Source: Octopus vulgaris
Taxonomy: Eukaryota
Assembly (NCBI GenBank): GCA_951406725.2
Contig: OX597831.1
Coordinates: forward strand, 64,046,001-64,110,000
DNA length: 64,000 bases
Direction: 5' to 3'
The notes below the pieces were generated by a model. That model was given only the letters and a program-made list of their open reading frames with translations. It was not told where the DNA came from and made no database searches. Positions 1 to 15,688 of the stretch are shown piece after piece (position 1 is the stretch's first letter; the number at the start of each line of letters is the position of its first letter). The translations under genes were made by a program, and so were the position numbers.

Positions 1-399
1 TTAAGGCGAATTTCTAATGTCTTCTATGGCTAATGGGTTGGTCTGGATCAACAGCTTATCTACTCCTTTTGGTTGAAGAAAGGATCGTTATTAAATTTGG
101 TATTAAAGTACGGTGACAAGGAATTAGTTCCAAATTGGTGTGCTAAGCGAATAAGAAACGATCTGTTTGCCTTTATGGGGTGACAGAACAAATTAAATGT
201 ACATTCCCCAAAAGCCTACTAATTATTCCTGAAATTTAGATGACGTGAGGCACATGCACTCGAAGAGATATGGAGTGCAGGGACAAATGAAGAATTTTTG
301 GAAGTGTTCACTGCCTGGCCGAATGAAAAAGAAATTATTCAGGGCAATAATAGAATCAGTTCTTCTTTACCATTCAACAGCATGGACTCTGATATAAAG

Positions 400-760
400 G
401 TAAACAAAATTGATGGGACCTACATATGTATATTGTGTGCTGTCCTCGACAACTCATGGAAGAAACATTCAACCAAGCAAAAATGTTATGCAAATATCTC
501 CAAAATATCATCAATCATTCGAGAGAAGCTGACAAGATATGCTGATCACTGCTATCGAAGCAAAGACGAATTAGTGAGTGAGCTGCATCTACAGATCCCC
601 AGCCAGATGAACCAGAATTCTTATGCCGGATGAAACAGAATTTTCATGCCGGATGAACCAGAATGACGTACATTGGTCAACTCTCTCGTGATGTCGAGTT
701 ACAAATAGAAGACTTCAAAAGACAGGAACACATAGAGAAAAGAATGGTTTTGGCCCGGGC
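400..760 (+). mobile_element. RTE-clade LINE 3' fragment (region C-terminal to RT), decayed
   Basis: IDGTYICILCAVLDNSWKKHSTKQKCYANISKISSIIREKLTRYADHCYRSKDELVSEL...TYIGQLSRD resembles the RTE C-terminal pattern LDG.YTR.LR..LN.SW..H.....LYG....IS..IR.RRLR.AGHC.R. Confidence 0.7.
602..664. repeat. 23-bp tandem repeat, about 2.7 copies
   Basis: gccagatgaaccagaattcttat / gccggatgaaacagaattttcat / gccggatgaaccagaat. Confidence 0.85.
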
Positions 761-1212
761 AACCCGTCCGAAACGATAGATAGGGGTGAAGATTTGTGTG
801 TGCTACTCACGATACACAAATAAATTTCGGCGGTAACTTTTACCTCACAATTTTGGTGTAGTTGAAGGAATACCCTATCCACATCGCTATTCAACCTCTG
901 GTCACCTCGAATTATTATATTATATTATATATGATGTTGATGGTTACAGCTCAAAATAGTGGGAAGTTACTGTATTTCCTACAGTGGCAGTGACGATAAG
1001 TTCCTGTGTGGTTTAGACATAATCAGTTGTGGATACAAGTACAGTAGCTTTTCGCTCTAAATGTGTACATCTTTCAATGATTCAGATTGATGAAATACGC
1101 ACGCAACCACACGCACGCGCGCACACACACGCGGACACTCACACACACAAGCAGATACAAGCAAGAAGCGTACATAGATACATGCATACATACACACACC
1201 CACACAGACGCA

Positions 1213-1350
1213 CATGACGGGATTCTGCACCATTTCCGCCTAACACATTTCATTCACAAGATATTGATCCGTGCGCAAGATAACGCTGCGCTTGATATCG
1301 AACAGTGAACCACAGGGGTGTTAAGCGAAGTTCTTAATCTACGTGGCTAT
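1213..1350 (-). mobile_element. highly diverged SINE family S2 fragment
   Basis: Weak similarity to 19021-19181 (gacggg..ttccg.cta..cactcacaagg...gaaccatgtgg). Confidence 0.4.
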
Positions 1351-1869
1351 GTCGACTCTGCTTCACATCCGTTCTATTTCATGCGGCTGATTAACAAACT
1401 TAGAAGTATTGAATTGTTCTATAAGTGATAAAAACATTGAAAAATATATGAGACAGCATCATAAAATTAATTATGATGAGTGCATACGATTTTCAAGGGA
1501 TACGGATACATGTTTTTTAGCTTCCTTCTAGAAAGATGAACTGAGTCACTAGTGTAAATATTCTTGTTTGTTTTTGATTTTCATTTTCTACTAGCATGTG
1601 CGAAATTGCAATTTTCTTTGCATATATATATATATCTGTGTACTTTTATGGACACATATACATACAAATACAAACACACACAAATATTGGTGTATATACA
1701 AACATGCATACAAGCATGCACGTACAAGAATACGTAGAGGAAGTTTTATACACAAAGAGACATATACACGCATAAATTATGTATCTTCACGTATGTCTGT
1801 TTCCAGAATTTGTGTGCTTTCTTACTTTAAAATATAACAGAAACGTGTGGAGAATATCGTGTGCATATG

Positions 1870-2143
<274 letters not shown>

Positions 2144-2519
2144 GGGGGTACTTTGTATGACAATAGATTAGGTTGGGTTTTTTTTTCCTTTTTGTGTTAG
2201 AGATATTTGATACTTTAACAATAGATACAGTCACGCACAGAAATATAAAACAGCATAAAATCGGTGGTGAGTTCCGTTCCTGTAAGTTATTTCTAAAGAA
2301 CATTATTCGCTTGTATGTAATTTATAGTTCCATTCCAAACTGACTACTACATTTGAATTGCCTCTTACTGAGCATATTCGATTATCTAAAATATTGTAAC
2401 CAGATAGTCAATCTACCTACCTACTGATAAGCTGTAATTAACGGTTGTATTTATATGAAACTATGTTTCAGAAAAGTGTTGATCTTTTTTTTAATTTATA
2501 AATATAAATATAATGCGTG

Positions 2520-2592
<73 letters not shown>

Positions 2593-2596
2593 TAGT

Positions 2597-2803
2597 GTGT
2601 GACCGCGTGTGTATTGTTGGCGATTTCTTTTCCTCCGTCTTCTCTTTCTTGGATCTTTCTTTTTCCTATGTTTCTGACGAAGAGCTCCGCTCGAAATGTT
2701 AATCCCTCCTTCTTTCCTTCTTTCCTGGGAGTTCAATAATACTATATCTGTTCCACGTCCTCGCGTTGTTGTGTTTTCTCTTTGTGTTTTCATGTTTGGA
2801 TTA

Positions 2804-2810
<7 letters not shown>
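2597..2810 (+). mobile_element. short PLE-derived element (family H1) with hammerhead motif, between (TA)n tracts
   Basis: Closely similar reverse-complement copies at 51826-52005 and 53739-53915; contains an HHR core. Confidence 0.75.
2670..2703 (+). ncRNA. minimal type I hammerhead ribozyme motif
   Basis: GTTT-CTGACGA-A-GAGC(TCC)GCTC-GAAA-TG-TTA-AT; the other copies have GAAACGTTA-AAC with a palindromic helix III. Confidence 0.75.
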
Positions 2811-2865
<55 letters not shown>

Positions 2866-2898
2866 TGTATCTATGTATATATACATATATATGATATA

Positions 2899-2950
<52 letters not shown>

Positions 2951-2962
2951 TTATGATATATA

Positions 2963-3011
<49 letters not shown>

Positions 3012-3087
3012 CCTGTGTATGTATGTATGTATGTATGTAGACTTTAATGTAATTGCGAGCATGGAAATTACAAAAGAACAGCAAACA

Positions 3088-3122
3088 GGTGTTGAATTTC
3101 CTAATTAAAGTCTTCAGGCACC
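3088..3122 (-). ncRNA. candidate minimal hammerhead motif
   Basis: Reverse strand GGTGC-CTGAAGA-CTTTAATTAG-GAAATTC-AACACC; GGTG/CACC helix I, weak helix II. Confidence 0.35.
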
Positions 3123-3579
3123 ATATCTTTCATCAAACAAGAGCCCCCATTTCATCTGGTCCCACATTTTACATTCTGAAATTACGTTGCATTTGAAATT
3201 TATTTTAATCCCAACATTGTTGTCTTAGATCAACTTACTGCTGCGATTTTTGATTAATCAATTTTAATTTTCGCTCTGAAATTTATACTGATTACACCAC
3301 TTTTATTCCCTCACAACACTGATCATGCGATTATTACCAAAAGCTCTGAAATATCTTTAGATTCAATCATTTCCAAATACAGTTGACGTTGTTCGAAATG
3401 TAAATGAAAAGCTTGATAAAGTGCTGTCTTATAGAGTGGAATGGATTTGATTCAAACTCGATAACGACAATTCGAATAAATATTTTGTTGCGTAAGATAA
3501 ATTCCTACAAGTAAGAACATATACTCGAGTAAAATTACTTGATAGTGTATGTGTGTGTACATGAGAGACATAGAAAGAG

Positions 3580-3710
3580 TGGGAGGGAGGGAGAGAGAGA
3601 GAGAAAGGAAGGAAGGAAGAAAGAAAGAAAGGAAGGAAGAAAGAAAGGAAGAAAGGAAGAAAGGAAGAAAGAAAGAAAGGAAGGAAGGAAGGAAGGAAGG
3701 AAGGAAGGAA

Positions 3711-3744
<34 letters not shown>

Positions 3745-3945
3745 AGGAAAGAAGGAAGGAAGGAAGGAGGGAAGAAAGAAAGAAAGAAGGAAAGAAGGAA
3801 AGAAGGAAAGAAGGAAGGAAGGAAGGAAGGAAGGAAGGAAGGAAGGAAGGAAGAAGAAAGAAAGAAAGAAAGAAGGAAGGAGAAGGAAAGGAAGGAAGGA
3901 AGGAAGGAAGGAAGGAAGGAAGGAAGAAAAGAAGGAAGGAAGGAG

Positions 3946-3991
<46 letters not shown>

Positions 3992-4065
3992 AATAAAAAC
4001 AGAAAGAAGGAAAGAAGGAAAGAAGGAAAGAAAGGAAGAAAGGAAAGAAGAAAGAAAGAAAGAAA
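3580..4065. repeat. polypurine (GGAA)n/(GAAA)n tract
   Basis: Seen directly; about 480 bp of nearly pure purine. Confidence 0.97.
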
Positions 4066-5238
4066 GTGTGTAACCTTTATGTAAGTTGATACATAGCAGT
4101 CGTGTCTTGCAGTTTTACTTGTATAACTGAAAATGTTTCCTATGACCTCCAAGTATCGAAGTATCAGTCAGGTGAGCGGAAAACGAGAATAGATGAGAAG
4201 GTATTAAGTCCACTTGATTACACGTCTACAGTATCCTCCATTACATGCACTATTGTTTCTGTGTGTAACTTTCTGATCGACACTTGAGATATTCCACCGT
4301 GTACAATCTTTTCGAAAATCTCGCCTAAACCGTAAAGTAAGAAAGCAACTCGGTTCAAAACGCACGCAAAAATCACACAAACACTAAATACGCATAAACC
4401 TATCCACGTATGAACATATACACTCAAGGTATATTTTTATCTTCTCGTCTATTGATACAATGTTAAATATCTATGAGACAGAGACAGTGATTCCTTAGAC
4501 GATAGCTGAACTGAATTCTATGACAATCGGGGATAAACGTCAGTACACTTTCTGGTAGATTTATAGTTTAGGAAACGGTAATAAAGTTTAGTGCGTTTAA
4601 TGGATAGAGGTTAAACTAACAAGTGGATAAGGTATTAAACTACAAGCATCGCCATCGGGAATTTAATTATACTAGACATTTTTTTGCTTCACTCATCAGT
4701 AAGGCTTTTTTTATTCTACAATAGTTCACTTTACCTATAAGTCGAATATGTTCCGAGTTTTTCTGAGAACTTCACCTACCTGCGGCAGAGAAGTGGCCAA
4801 TCCCGAAAAAAGATTTAATATTCATTCTCTAAATTAAAAAAAATTTTTCGTTGGTAATAGACAGTCGACAGATTGGAATGTTTCAATCATAAATTAATAA
4901 AGCTGTATCATAGATTGAATATGTCAGTATACTGTCAAGAGATTCATTTTAATCAAATATAAAATATCTAATAAAGCTCAATTAACACTTATATATTCGC
5001 TACTAAAATATTTCTTCCAATGAAGGGTATTAGACATTAATAGAGTTTGTTTACATAATATCTCAAGGCACGGAGTATCACATTGTCAGTCATTTCCAAA
5101 ATTAGCACCTCTGCTAGACGTTTAGTGGCTGAAACTAAGATTGTGTGCTCTGGAGAACGTCCACACTAAATTAAACTTACAAACACTTACATAAACATAC
5201 ATGCACACACATTTACAGATATAAGTGTCTGTATGTAC

Positions 5239-5326
<88 letters not shown>

Positions 5327-5330
5327 CATT

Positions 5331-6440
5331 ATTATTATTCAGTAGTTTTATTTTTATAACGTGCTTTCACTTCACTACTGAGCACAGCTTTGTGTGCCTT
5401 TTGTATGTGCTGTGGTTTGCTGTGATGCTCTTATGGTTACTGTATTGAAAGTGTTTTGCATAGGATGTATGCAGTGCGCAGTAGTGCAATTTTCTGTATG
5501 TTATATATATTTATAAGTCCTGGTGCTTTTGTTATGTATTTATTTCTATACTTTTTTTATCATACCTTACTATGATAGGAAGTGTTTCTGTTTTTAGATT
5601 CCACATTCGAGTTACCTCTGTTTCCATGTCTTTGTATTTTGAAAGTTTCTCCATTTCTTTTAGAGAAACGTTGTCATCTGCTTGTATTGATACATCAGTT
5701 AGAAAGCATTTTTTCTTCACGGCCTATAATAACTATATCTGGTCTGTTGGCCTTAATTTCTCTATCTCTGTATATTGGCATATCCCATAGTATGGTTGCT
5801 CTCTCGTTTTCTGCGACCTTTTCTGGCGTGTGCCTATACCATCTTTTTTCTGTTGTTATTCCATAGTGTTGGCATAGCTTCGAGTGTATGTAGGTCCCAA
5901 CTCTGTCGTGTCTGTGAATATATTCCTTCTTAGCCAGGACTGGGCAGCCAGAGATAATATAATTTATTGTTTCTTGTCCATCTCCACATATTCTGCAGTT
6001 ACTTGTTATGTTTCTTTTCATTATATGTTTTTGGTAATTTCTGGTGGGGAGGCTTTGGTCTTGTGCCGCAATTAAAAATCCTTCAGTCTCTGCTTTGAGT
6101 CCTGAGCTTCTTAACCATTGTTAGGATTTTGCTTTATCTATTTGTTTTGCGTTTAGTTTAGCCCAGTGTTTGCCATCCAGGGGCTTTTCTTGCTATCGTT
6201 TTATCAAGGTCCGTTGCTGTTCTAGTTTTTGTTTGGATTTCATTTGTTTTATAGCTTTTGTTGTTTCTTCTTCTTCTTCATATTTGTTAGGTAGTATGAC
6301 TTCTTGTTTATATTTGTCAATTTCCTTAAATATTGAAAACATTTTCTTGTTTTGCGCGTGTTTTGTGGCTGTTTGTATTAGTTTTCCTTGCTTCTGAAGT
6401 AGGTATTTTTACAGTCCTATGGTGGTTATTTTATAATAGT
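5331..6440 (-). mobile_element. R4/Dong-like non-LTR retrotransposon, 5'-truncated (CCHC knuckle + restriction-like endonuclease)
   Basis: CRICGDGQETINYIISGCPVLAKKEYIHRHD...ILWDMPIYRDREIKANRPDIVI; 3' end ...aataaaactactgaataataat abutting (TA)n. Confidence 0.9.
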
Positions 6441-6599
6441 TTTGCATGCATAAATTTCAACTCTCCTTATTAATTATCAAGCACCTATAGAAAGAGGGTT
6501 TAACCCCCAACAACATTCACAACCATTTTTAGATATTCACTGAAAAAAAATACTTTCCTCTCCACTCTCACGTTTTTACCAAGTGGGACCTGAAAAAGT

Positions 6600-7060
6600 T
6601 GAGGTCTTGACTGAGTCTTTTAGTTTTATCCACCGCACAACTTTTTCGCCATGGTCACCAGATAGAGGAAAATTGTCTTCCCATCCGTATTAAAGGACGG
6701 CAATAAGAGACATTCACGATAGACTTGGCAGATATCTGGACTCGCTGTATACGCGACAACATTTCTTCGACATAATTCGAAAAATCAAAAATATTCAGGC
6801 ACTAATATGAGTGTGCATCATGCCTTTGTTGGTCTGCGCGCATCTCGAACAGTCCTTTCTGGTGGTGCTTTCATTACTCAATGGTTTATCTCGAACCGAT
6901 TGTGCCACTTGGCATTAATGTTAGACCAAGGATTTCTGGAAGTTATCCATAGAAATCCTCGGCTCAAAAGTTCTTTGCAAAGGATCAATCAGTCAGTCTT
7001 CGTCAAGGCTTCGAGTTTCCTTGAAGATGTTATCGTTGTTATCCACCACTACTCCTCTAT
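6600..7060 (-). mobile_element. possible ancient mariner N-terminal relic
   Basis: Faint similarity (WHNRF..) to the mariner HTH region; heavily decayed. Confidence 0.25.
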
Positions 7061-7477
7061 ATATTGAAAAAATGGAACTTTCATTGACCTAACTGTATGG
7101 CTAATAGCGGGCGGTAAGCGACCAGAAATAGTCTAGATACCAGGCGCCTAATCATGGTCTTTTCTTGAAGAGATGAGCTGCAGAAAAGCGAGCTTTACGG
7201 ACAGAAACCACATTTCACTGTCTAGAGATTTCTGCAGACATTCAGTACATGTTTACACATTCAGTGCAGCCTACAACCAGTGGGGCGCTGATAACACTCA
7301 GACAACAACGTCAAGAGAAAGCGTGTATGCGCGTGTGTATGTATCTGTGTGTTTGCGTGTGCGTGAGAGTGTGTTTGCGGGTGTACGAGTGATAGTGTGT
7401 ATGAGTGCGTGTGCATGAGTATGTGTGCGTATGTGTGTCGGCGAATATAGTATCTATGTACGAATATATATATATAT

Positions 7478-7617
<140 letters not shown>

Positions 7618-7648
7618 TGTATGTATGTATGTATGTATGTATGTATAT

Positions 7649-8005
7649 AAGAAAATGTGTTGTTGAAAATGCACTTAAATTTCAAAAGCTCGTATATGTT
7701 TAAAATGCATTTATTTACATATATACCAAACTAGTTTCAACAATATTTCTTGTTTATCAATGGTAAAAGTGTAAAATTAGAAAAGCATCGCTATAAGTTT
7801 CAATGTTGACAAATCAAACTGTTTCAATGTTGACAAACTAAAATGCTTCAATGTTGATAAATAATTCATGTTCAAAACAGAAGGTGTAAGTTTGAAATTA
7901 AAAGTGTATGCTAATTTTTTAGAATGTTACAAGGTTCATTAATTTCAGTGGTGGTCGACAAGTCATACTGAAAATTTAAGTGCATTTTCAACAACACATT
8001 TTCCT
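7649..8005. mobile_element. MITE with ~34-bp TIRs in a TA context
   Basis: aagaaaatgtgttgttgaaaatgcacttaaattt ... aaatttaagtgcattttcaacaacacattttcct; internal 24-bp tandem gtttcaatgttgacaaa x3. Confidence 0.85.
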
Positions 8006-8052
8006 ATATATTTTTTCTGCGTGGAAACACCAGTCCCTCTTATATATATATT

Positions 8053-8107
<55 letters not shown>

Positions 8108-8109
<2 letters not shown>

Positions 8110-8471
8110 CATCTTTTTTTACCAAACACCTTAAACTAAGCACCACGTCTAATCACATGGATCTTAATCCTCCAAAGAAATTTTTCCAAGGACTATTATT
8201 GAACTCAAAAAACATAAAGATTCTACATTGTATCGGTATACTTATTTTTTAATTTTTGTATATGTTTATTATTATTTTTTTGAAAAAAACATTGTAAATG
8301 TCTTTTTTTCCCCTTCCTCAATTTTAAAAAATTCTTTTTCCCTTTCAAATCATGAAAATTTGCTTTGCGATGAAAACCGGTATGAGTTACTATTATTTTT
8401 TTAATTTTCCATACACCCATTTTCCTTAAAATTTACCTTCAATTTAGCATTCTACCTTTTCATAATTTTTC

Positions 8472-8476
<5 letters not shown>
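8108..8476 (+). mobile_element. decayed PLE 3' end (GIY-YIG C-terminus plus HHR remnant)
   Basis: LLLNSKNIKILHCIG resembles PLE LLN.R.E....C.H; gaaaaccggta helix-III-like motif near 8372; flanked by (TA)n. Confidence 0.35.
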
Positions 8477-8550
<74 letters not shown>

Positions 8551-9048
8551 GTATGCATGCATAGTTTTAACTGTATTTACGAGTGTATATACGCGCACAT
8601 TCAGATCCGTTTAACTAACATACGACAGTACCAGTTCTCTTTTGTACCACTAACATATTCTTCTTCAAACACACACACTGCAAATACTATACCAATATGT
8701 ACCTAATATAGAGCACGTCAACCTCTGAGGGACATACATGCATATCCATACGTTTGGAAGATCTAGAGTGAGAATGGACTGGCATGAAAAGTTTACATGC
8801 CGTGAAGCAATTTGTCTAACAGGATGTCATATAAGAACATATTGATAACATTATAGCGTACAGCTAGCTCAGGCGATGCTTATTAGCATGCAGATTCCTT
8901 TATCCGATCAGAAGGTCGATTGGTGAACAGAGTTTAGCCCGAGGGACACAACACTCTATATCCTTCACTCCATGCTCTCATTACGGAGAGCATATTAGAT
9001 TTCAAATATATCATGACAATTCAGTTACTGATCGCTATCAGCGCTGAT

Positions 9049-11032
<1,984 letters not shown>

Positions 11033-11654
11033 ATATAATTAATATACATTCATATAACATCACTGAAAAATCATACAAGATAGAAATAATGATTGTTAAC
11101 AGATACTAATTAAAGCCAAGAGTATCTTGCGCATCACTGCTTAGACTTTCACCTATAAAGCCATGTAGTCCCGAAACAAGCAAGAGCAACGTTTCCGGCT
11201 TCACCATGAGGTTGGTGTTATGTCAGAATGTTCTTCTCTTAGAGAGATGTCTATACAAAGATTAAGGGTCTCTCACTCTCAGCCGTTCACATCCACTGGA
11301 TGGCCGTTCACTCCACGGAGTTCATCTATTTTTTGACAACTTTTGAATTACGTCTTGCGTGGTGTCCAACAAAAAAACACTCTCCTTATCAAACCAGACT
11401 TGATAACGTTGTTGGCTTAGTTACCGACGGCCCAACAATGTGACAGTTTGTATTGTTATATATTTTTGATTTCCCTTTTAGCAGCACTAAGTATGAAATT
11501 ACACACACACATACATAATATATACATATTATTGAAACATTTATAACGTAGATAACTCTACAGCTATTAATTTTGGAGTTTTTAACTGTAATGATCGAAA
11601 ATATCTTATTGTTCTTTTGAATAAAGGCAAAAATAAACGACTAAGGATCTATTT

Positions 11655-11690
11655 ACTGACCTGTTTCGAGATAAACATTCCTCACAACAG
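11655..11690 (-). ncRNA. degenerate hammerhead motif
   Basis: Reverse strand CTGTTGT-GAG(GAATGTTTAT)CTC-GAAA-CAG-GTC; two core substitutions. Confidence 0.3.
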
Positions 11691-11795
11691 ATGACATACC
11701 ATTCCGAAGATATTCAGAGAATTTAAAATTTAATTGCAATATATAACAGTAGCTTATCAGGATACAACAAATAACAGATATTTTCATTTAATATC

Positions 11796-12107
11796 TGTTG
11801 TGGCTAGAGTCACAACACCCGCTGTATGAATAGATTTGACTGAACGACTATAAACAGTAGCGGTCTGGGTGAGAGACGGAGAGTAGGCGTTAATCGCAGG
11901 AAGTCGTAAGGTGTCGTTTTGGTTGTTTGTCGGAATATCGTTTGTTGGTTTGTGTATAATTTGTGGAGAGTTTGTTGGATGGTTACGTTGTTGTTACCCT
12001 GCTTCGTTATATATTTTATTGTTACTACACGGTTGTAGTGTAAACAAGTATCGTCATAAATACAGGCGATACTACAATAACTGACGACGAGTAACTACGT
12101 TACAATA
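11796..12107 (+). mobile_element. probable solo LTR
   Basis: Starts TGTTGT, ends ACAATA (imperfect inverted ends); flanks ATATC/ATATG (5-bp TSD, 1 mismatch); CTATAAA near 11848; compositionally distinct from flanks. Confidence 0.55.
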
Positions 12108-12480
12108 ATATGTTAGTCTGCCACTAGTAAATTTAAGAGACCAATAGTGTTTTCACATCATTTCAATCTTCACAGCTAAAGGTTTTCGAATTAGTAACTC
12201 TAGAATTATCTATATTACGCATGTTTCAGCTGTTCTGAAATACGCTGTTTTACATATATATTATTTAATTTATTATTTGGTTGACTAGCATATATAACAA
12301 TTGCTGCATTTATTTACCTAACCATAACATAGATTATTAAAGAGTTTGGTCTTAAGACGATTATCAGTTGACATTACAATGCGGCTATTCTATGATTTAT
12401 GTAAATATATAAATTTCAGATAAATATAAAACCTATAAAAAAATATTTTATTTTAATGGTAGTAAATAAATTGATTTCAA

Positions 12481-12678
12481 AGTTTGGAACAAGGCTAACA
12501 ATTTCACGGTTAAGTCAAATAAATCGACCCGAGTGCTCAAATGGTTTTTAATTTATCGAGCCCAAAAAAATGAAAAGCAAAGTCAACCTCAGCAGAATTT
12601 GAACTCAGAATATAAGCATAGACGAAATGCCGCTAATTATTTCGCCTGACGTGCTAACGAGCCCGCCAGCTCGCAGCT
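12481..12678 (-). mobile_element. SINE family S1, diverged
   Basis: Matches the reverse complement of 14425-14600. Confidence 0.85.
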
Positions 12679-12715
12679 TTAATGGTAGTAAATATCTCAT
12701 ATATAAAATAGACCT

Positions 12716-12749
<34 letters not shown>

Positions 12750-12767
12750 TGTATGTGTGTGTGTGTG

Positions 12768-12836
<69 letters not shown>

Positions 12837-12841
12837 GTGTG

Positions 12842-14185
12842 TTCGCTTTTCTCGCGAAAACGGCCGTGCGAATTGCCTCCATACTTGGGATGCATGAACA
12901 ATTTGACAGTCCAATTTCTAACATAAGCAGAAGTGTTGCGCCAATGCCACCTGATCATTTGGGATGAATGCAACTTGTCACAAAGAGGTGCAAGGGAAGC
13001 TCTGTATCCGACTTCACAAGACATAAGAGCCAACAATAAATCTAAGGGAGGAGTTACATTCGTTTTAATCAGGAGACTTCAGACAGACATTACCAGTCAT
13101 TCCGAGACGAACAAGATCTGATGCAATAAAAGCATGCATTAAGTATTCACACCCATGAAATAAAGTACAGAAATTCTCCTTTAACAATAACGTGCAAGTT
13201 TTATTACATGAGGACCAACGTACAGAACAGTTTTCAACCTGGATTCTCCAATTGGGAAATGGGAAAGTACCATTTGATGGGAATGGTGATATCAGTTAGG
13301 TTCGTATATTCCTATCATGGTGGGTTCGCTAGCTGAATTGAAGAACAGGGTATTTCCAGATTTAAGTAATAATTATAATAAATGGTTGTGTGAAAGGACA
13401 ATTCTTGCCCCAAAAATGAAACAGTAACAAGGATTAACAATGAATTAATGAATAAGATTCCAAAAGACGTTAAAGAGTAAAAATCAGTTGATTCAGTCAA
13501 GCTGTCCATTACACATCAAAGCTCCTTAATTCTCTTGAGCCACCATAAACATTTTCTGAAGGTAAGAGTCCAAATAATGCTTCTAAGAGATTTAGAGATT
13601 TCTAAATTATGCAATGAAATAAGATTGATTGTGAAGACATTATTACCTAATGTGATGGAAGCTACCATCGCCACTGGATATGCGTCTAGAGAAGAGGTTT
13701 TCATTCCAAGAATCCCAATCAAACCAACAGACGTGCCATTTGAGTTCAAGCTTCTCAATGTCTATTAATAAAGCACAAGGTCGGACTTTGAAATCTACTG
13801 GCTTGTACTTAATTGAGTACTGGCTTTTCTCATGGTCAGTTTTATGATGGTTGCTCCAGGGCTGGTAGTTTGCAGGACTTATTTTTCTATGTTCCAAACC
13901 AGAAGACAAAAAGATAATGTTGTTTACCCAGAAGCTCTTACGTAATTTCAGTCAACATATGTAACAGAATTCATCTCCCTTCATAAAAGCGGTAAATTTT
14001 GTATTTCGTTTATTTAAATTATTTAATTTTTTTCTTTTGTTTTATGAATTCAGAATTGATTTCCCATTAAAAGAATAAATTGAATTTAGAATAACAATTT
14101 TCTATACAACATATTAACAGATTTTGCTTTTTTTCCAATATATAAAGAACGATTTCATTCCCGGGCAACGCCGGGTGCCGCTTTA
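12842..14185 (+). mobile_element. Helitron 3' portion: pseudogenised PIF1-like helicase plus terminal hairpin
   Basis: LIIWDEC, GGVTFVL.GDFRQTLPVIP, IMLLRDL..KLCN..RLIVK.L.PNV.EATI.TG, FIPRIP, INKAQG.TL, FSHGQ motifs with stops and frameshifts; ccgggcaacgccggg hairpin at 14161-14175. Confidence 0.92.
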
Positions 14186-14424
14186 TATTATAAATCAAAT
14201 GCCTACTGACGGATAGTCGAAATACAACTGTTCAGAGAGAATAGTATTGCAGATTTATTGGTTCTTGGTCCAATCCTTGTTTACTGCGTGCCGATCAAGC
14301 ACTGATGTGTATAATTTCAATTATTACTTATCGAGATGTCTACAATTTGAGTTAGGAAGGATGATAGAAAGGGCAATTTCGGTAGGTAGGTAGGTAGGTA
14401 GGTAGGTAGGTAGGTAGATAGGTA

Positions 14425-14653
14425 GGTGGCAAACTGGCAGAAACGTTAGCACGCTGGCGAAATGCTTAGCGGTATTTCGTCTGCCGTTACATTCTGAGTT
14501 CAAATTCCGCCGAGGTCGACTTTGCCTTTCATCCTTTCGGGGTCGATTAAATAAGTATCAGTTACGCACTGGGGTCGATATAATCGACTTAATCCGTTTG
14601 TCTGTCCTTGTTTGTCCTCTTTGTGTTTAGCCCTTTGTGGGTAGTAAAGAAAT
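14425..14653 (+). mobile_element. SINE family S1 (tRNA-like head, Nin/Deu-like core), full length, inside (GGTA)n
   Basis: A-box-like ctggcagaaacgttag, B-box gagttcaaattcc, core ctttcatcctttcggggtcga; many copies in the window. Confidence 0.93.
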
Positions 14654-15289
14654 AGGTAGGTAGGTAGGTAGGTAGGTAGGTAGGTGGTAGATAGATAGGT
14701 AGGTAGGTAGGTAGGTAGGTAGGTAGGTAGGTAGGTAGGTAGGTAGGTAGGTAGGTAGGTATAACGCTGCATGATCATCATTATTATAAGGTTTAATATA
14801 TAAATAACTATTTCATAGAAAACCAGTATGTGTATCATAAATTCTCACAAAGATAAAACATTTTAAAACAGACAAATCTCATTACTTAAATATTGCGTCT
14901 ATCATCACAAATTCTCACATAGATACATTTTTTTTTAAAAGTGCTATTGCGTAATCATTTCGTCATTGATTATAATATGAAGATTTATTCTATCATAACC
15001 GACTATTACTGAATATTCGATATAAAGTTCAATCTATAAAAATTTTAGTGATACAACAAATTAAACTGACTGGTCAAAAAGCTAATAAAATTAACTGTGC
15101 ATTATCATAAAAAAACAGTTAAATTGAAACCATTCCAAATATTATGTTTGAAGAAGGAGATTAGTTTATGTAATAGCACTCCATACAGTAATAAATGAAA
15201 TGTCTGACAACAACAAAATATGTAATAAAATGAACAAGATGTTCATGGTCGGAACGCTTTTCACTATTCGAACAACACAGTAACATTCG

Positions 15290-15540
15290 TTATGATTTCT
15301 ACTTTACCTCACTGACCCGCCTCAGCTCCCGATACATCAAGAAACATTTCACAGTCACTCGACTTGTTAGAAACAGCAACCAAATTTTTTCTCAAGTTAC
15401 ATTATATCGTCGTTAAGAAAAGCAAAAAAACACGAAAGGTGAATTGAATAATGTAGTCACGGATCATGAAAAAAGATGGGTGGTCACGGCTTGAACGCTT
15501 TTGATCACAGGACTGCTGGCCTGTGTCAAGCAATAACAAA
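15290..15540 (+). mobile_element. diverged interspersed repeat family S4 (SINE-like 3' part)
   Basis: Related copies at about 17010-17225, 35540-35680, 38930-39100 and (reverse) 54816-55075. Confidence 0.6.
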
Positions 15541-15580
15541 GACAATAAAAAGCAATTAACGCAGCTATTGGTACTACTAA

Positions 15581-15640
<60 letters not shown>

Positions 15641-15688
15641 CCTCATATACTGATATCTAAAATAACTCTTTCTTTTGTTCGTATAGTT

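Noticed and set aside
3535-4152. 181-205 aa charged or hydrophobic ORFs
   Set aside because: Readings of the GGAA/GAAA repeat
14205-14235. ctgacgg..gaaa possible hammerhead
   Set aside because: No helix II or helix I pairing
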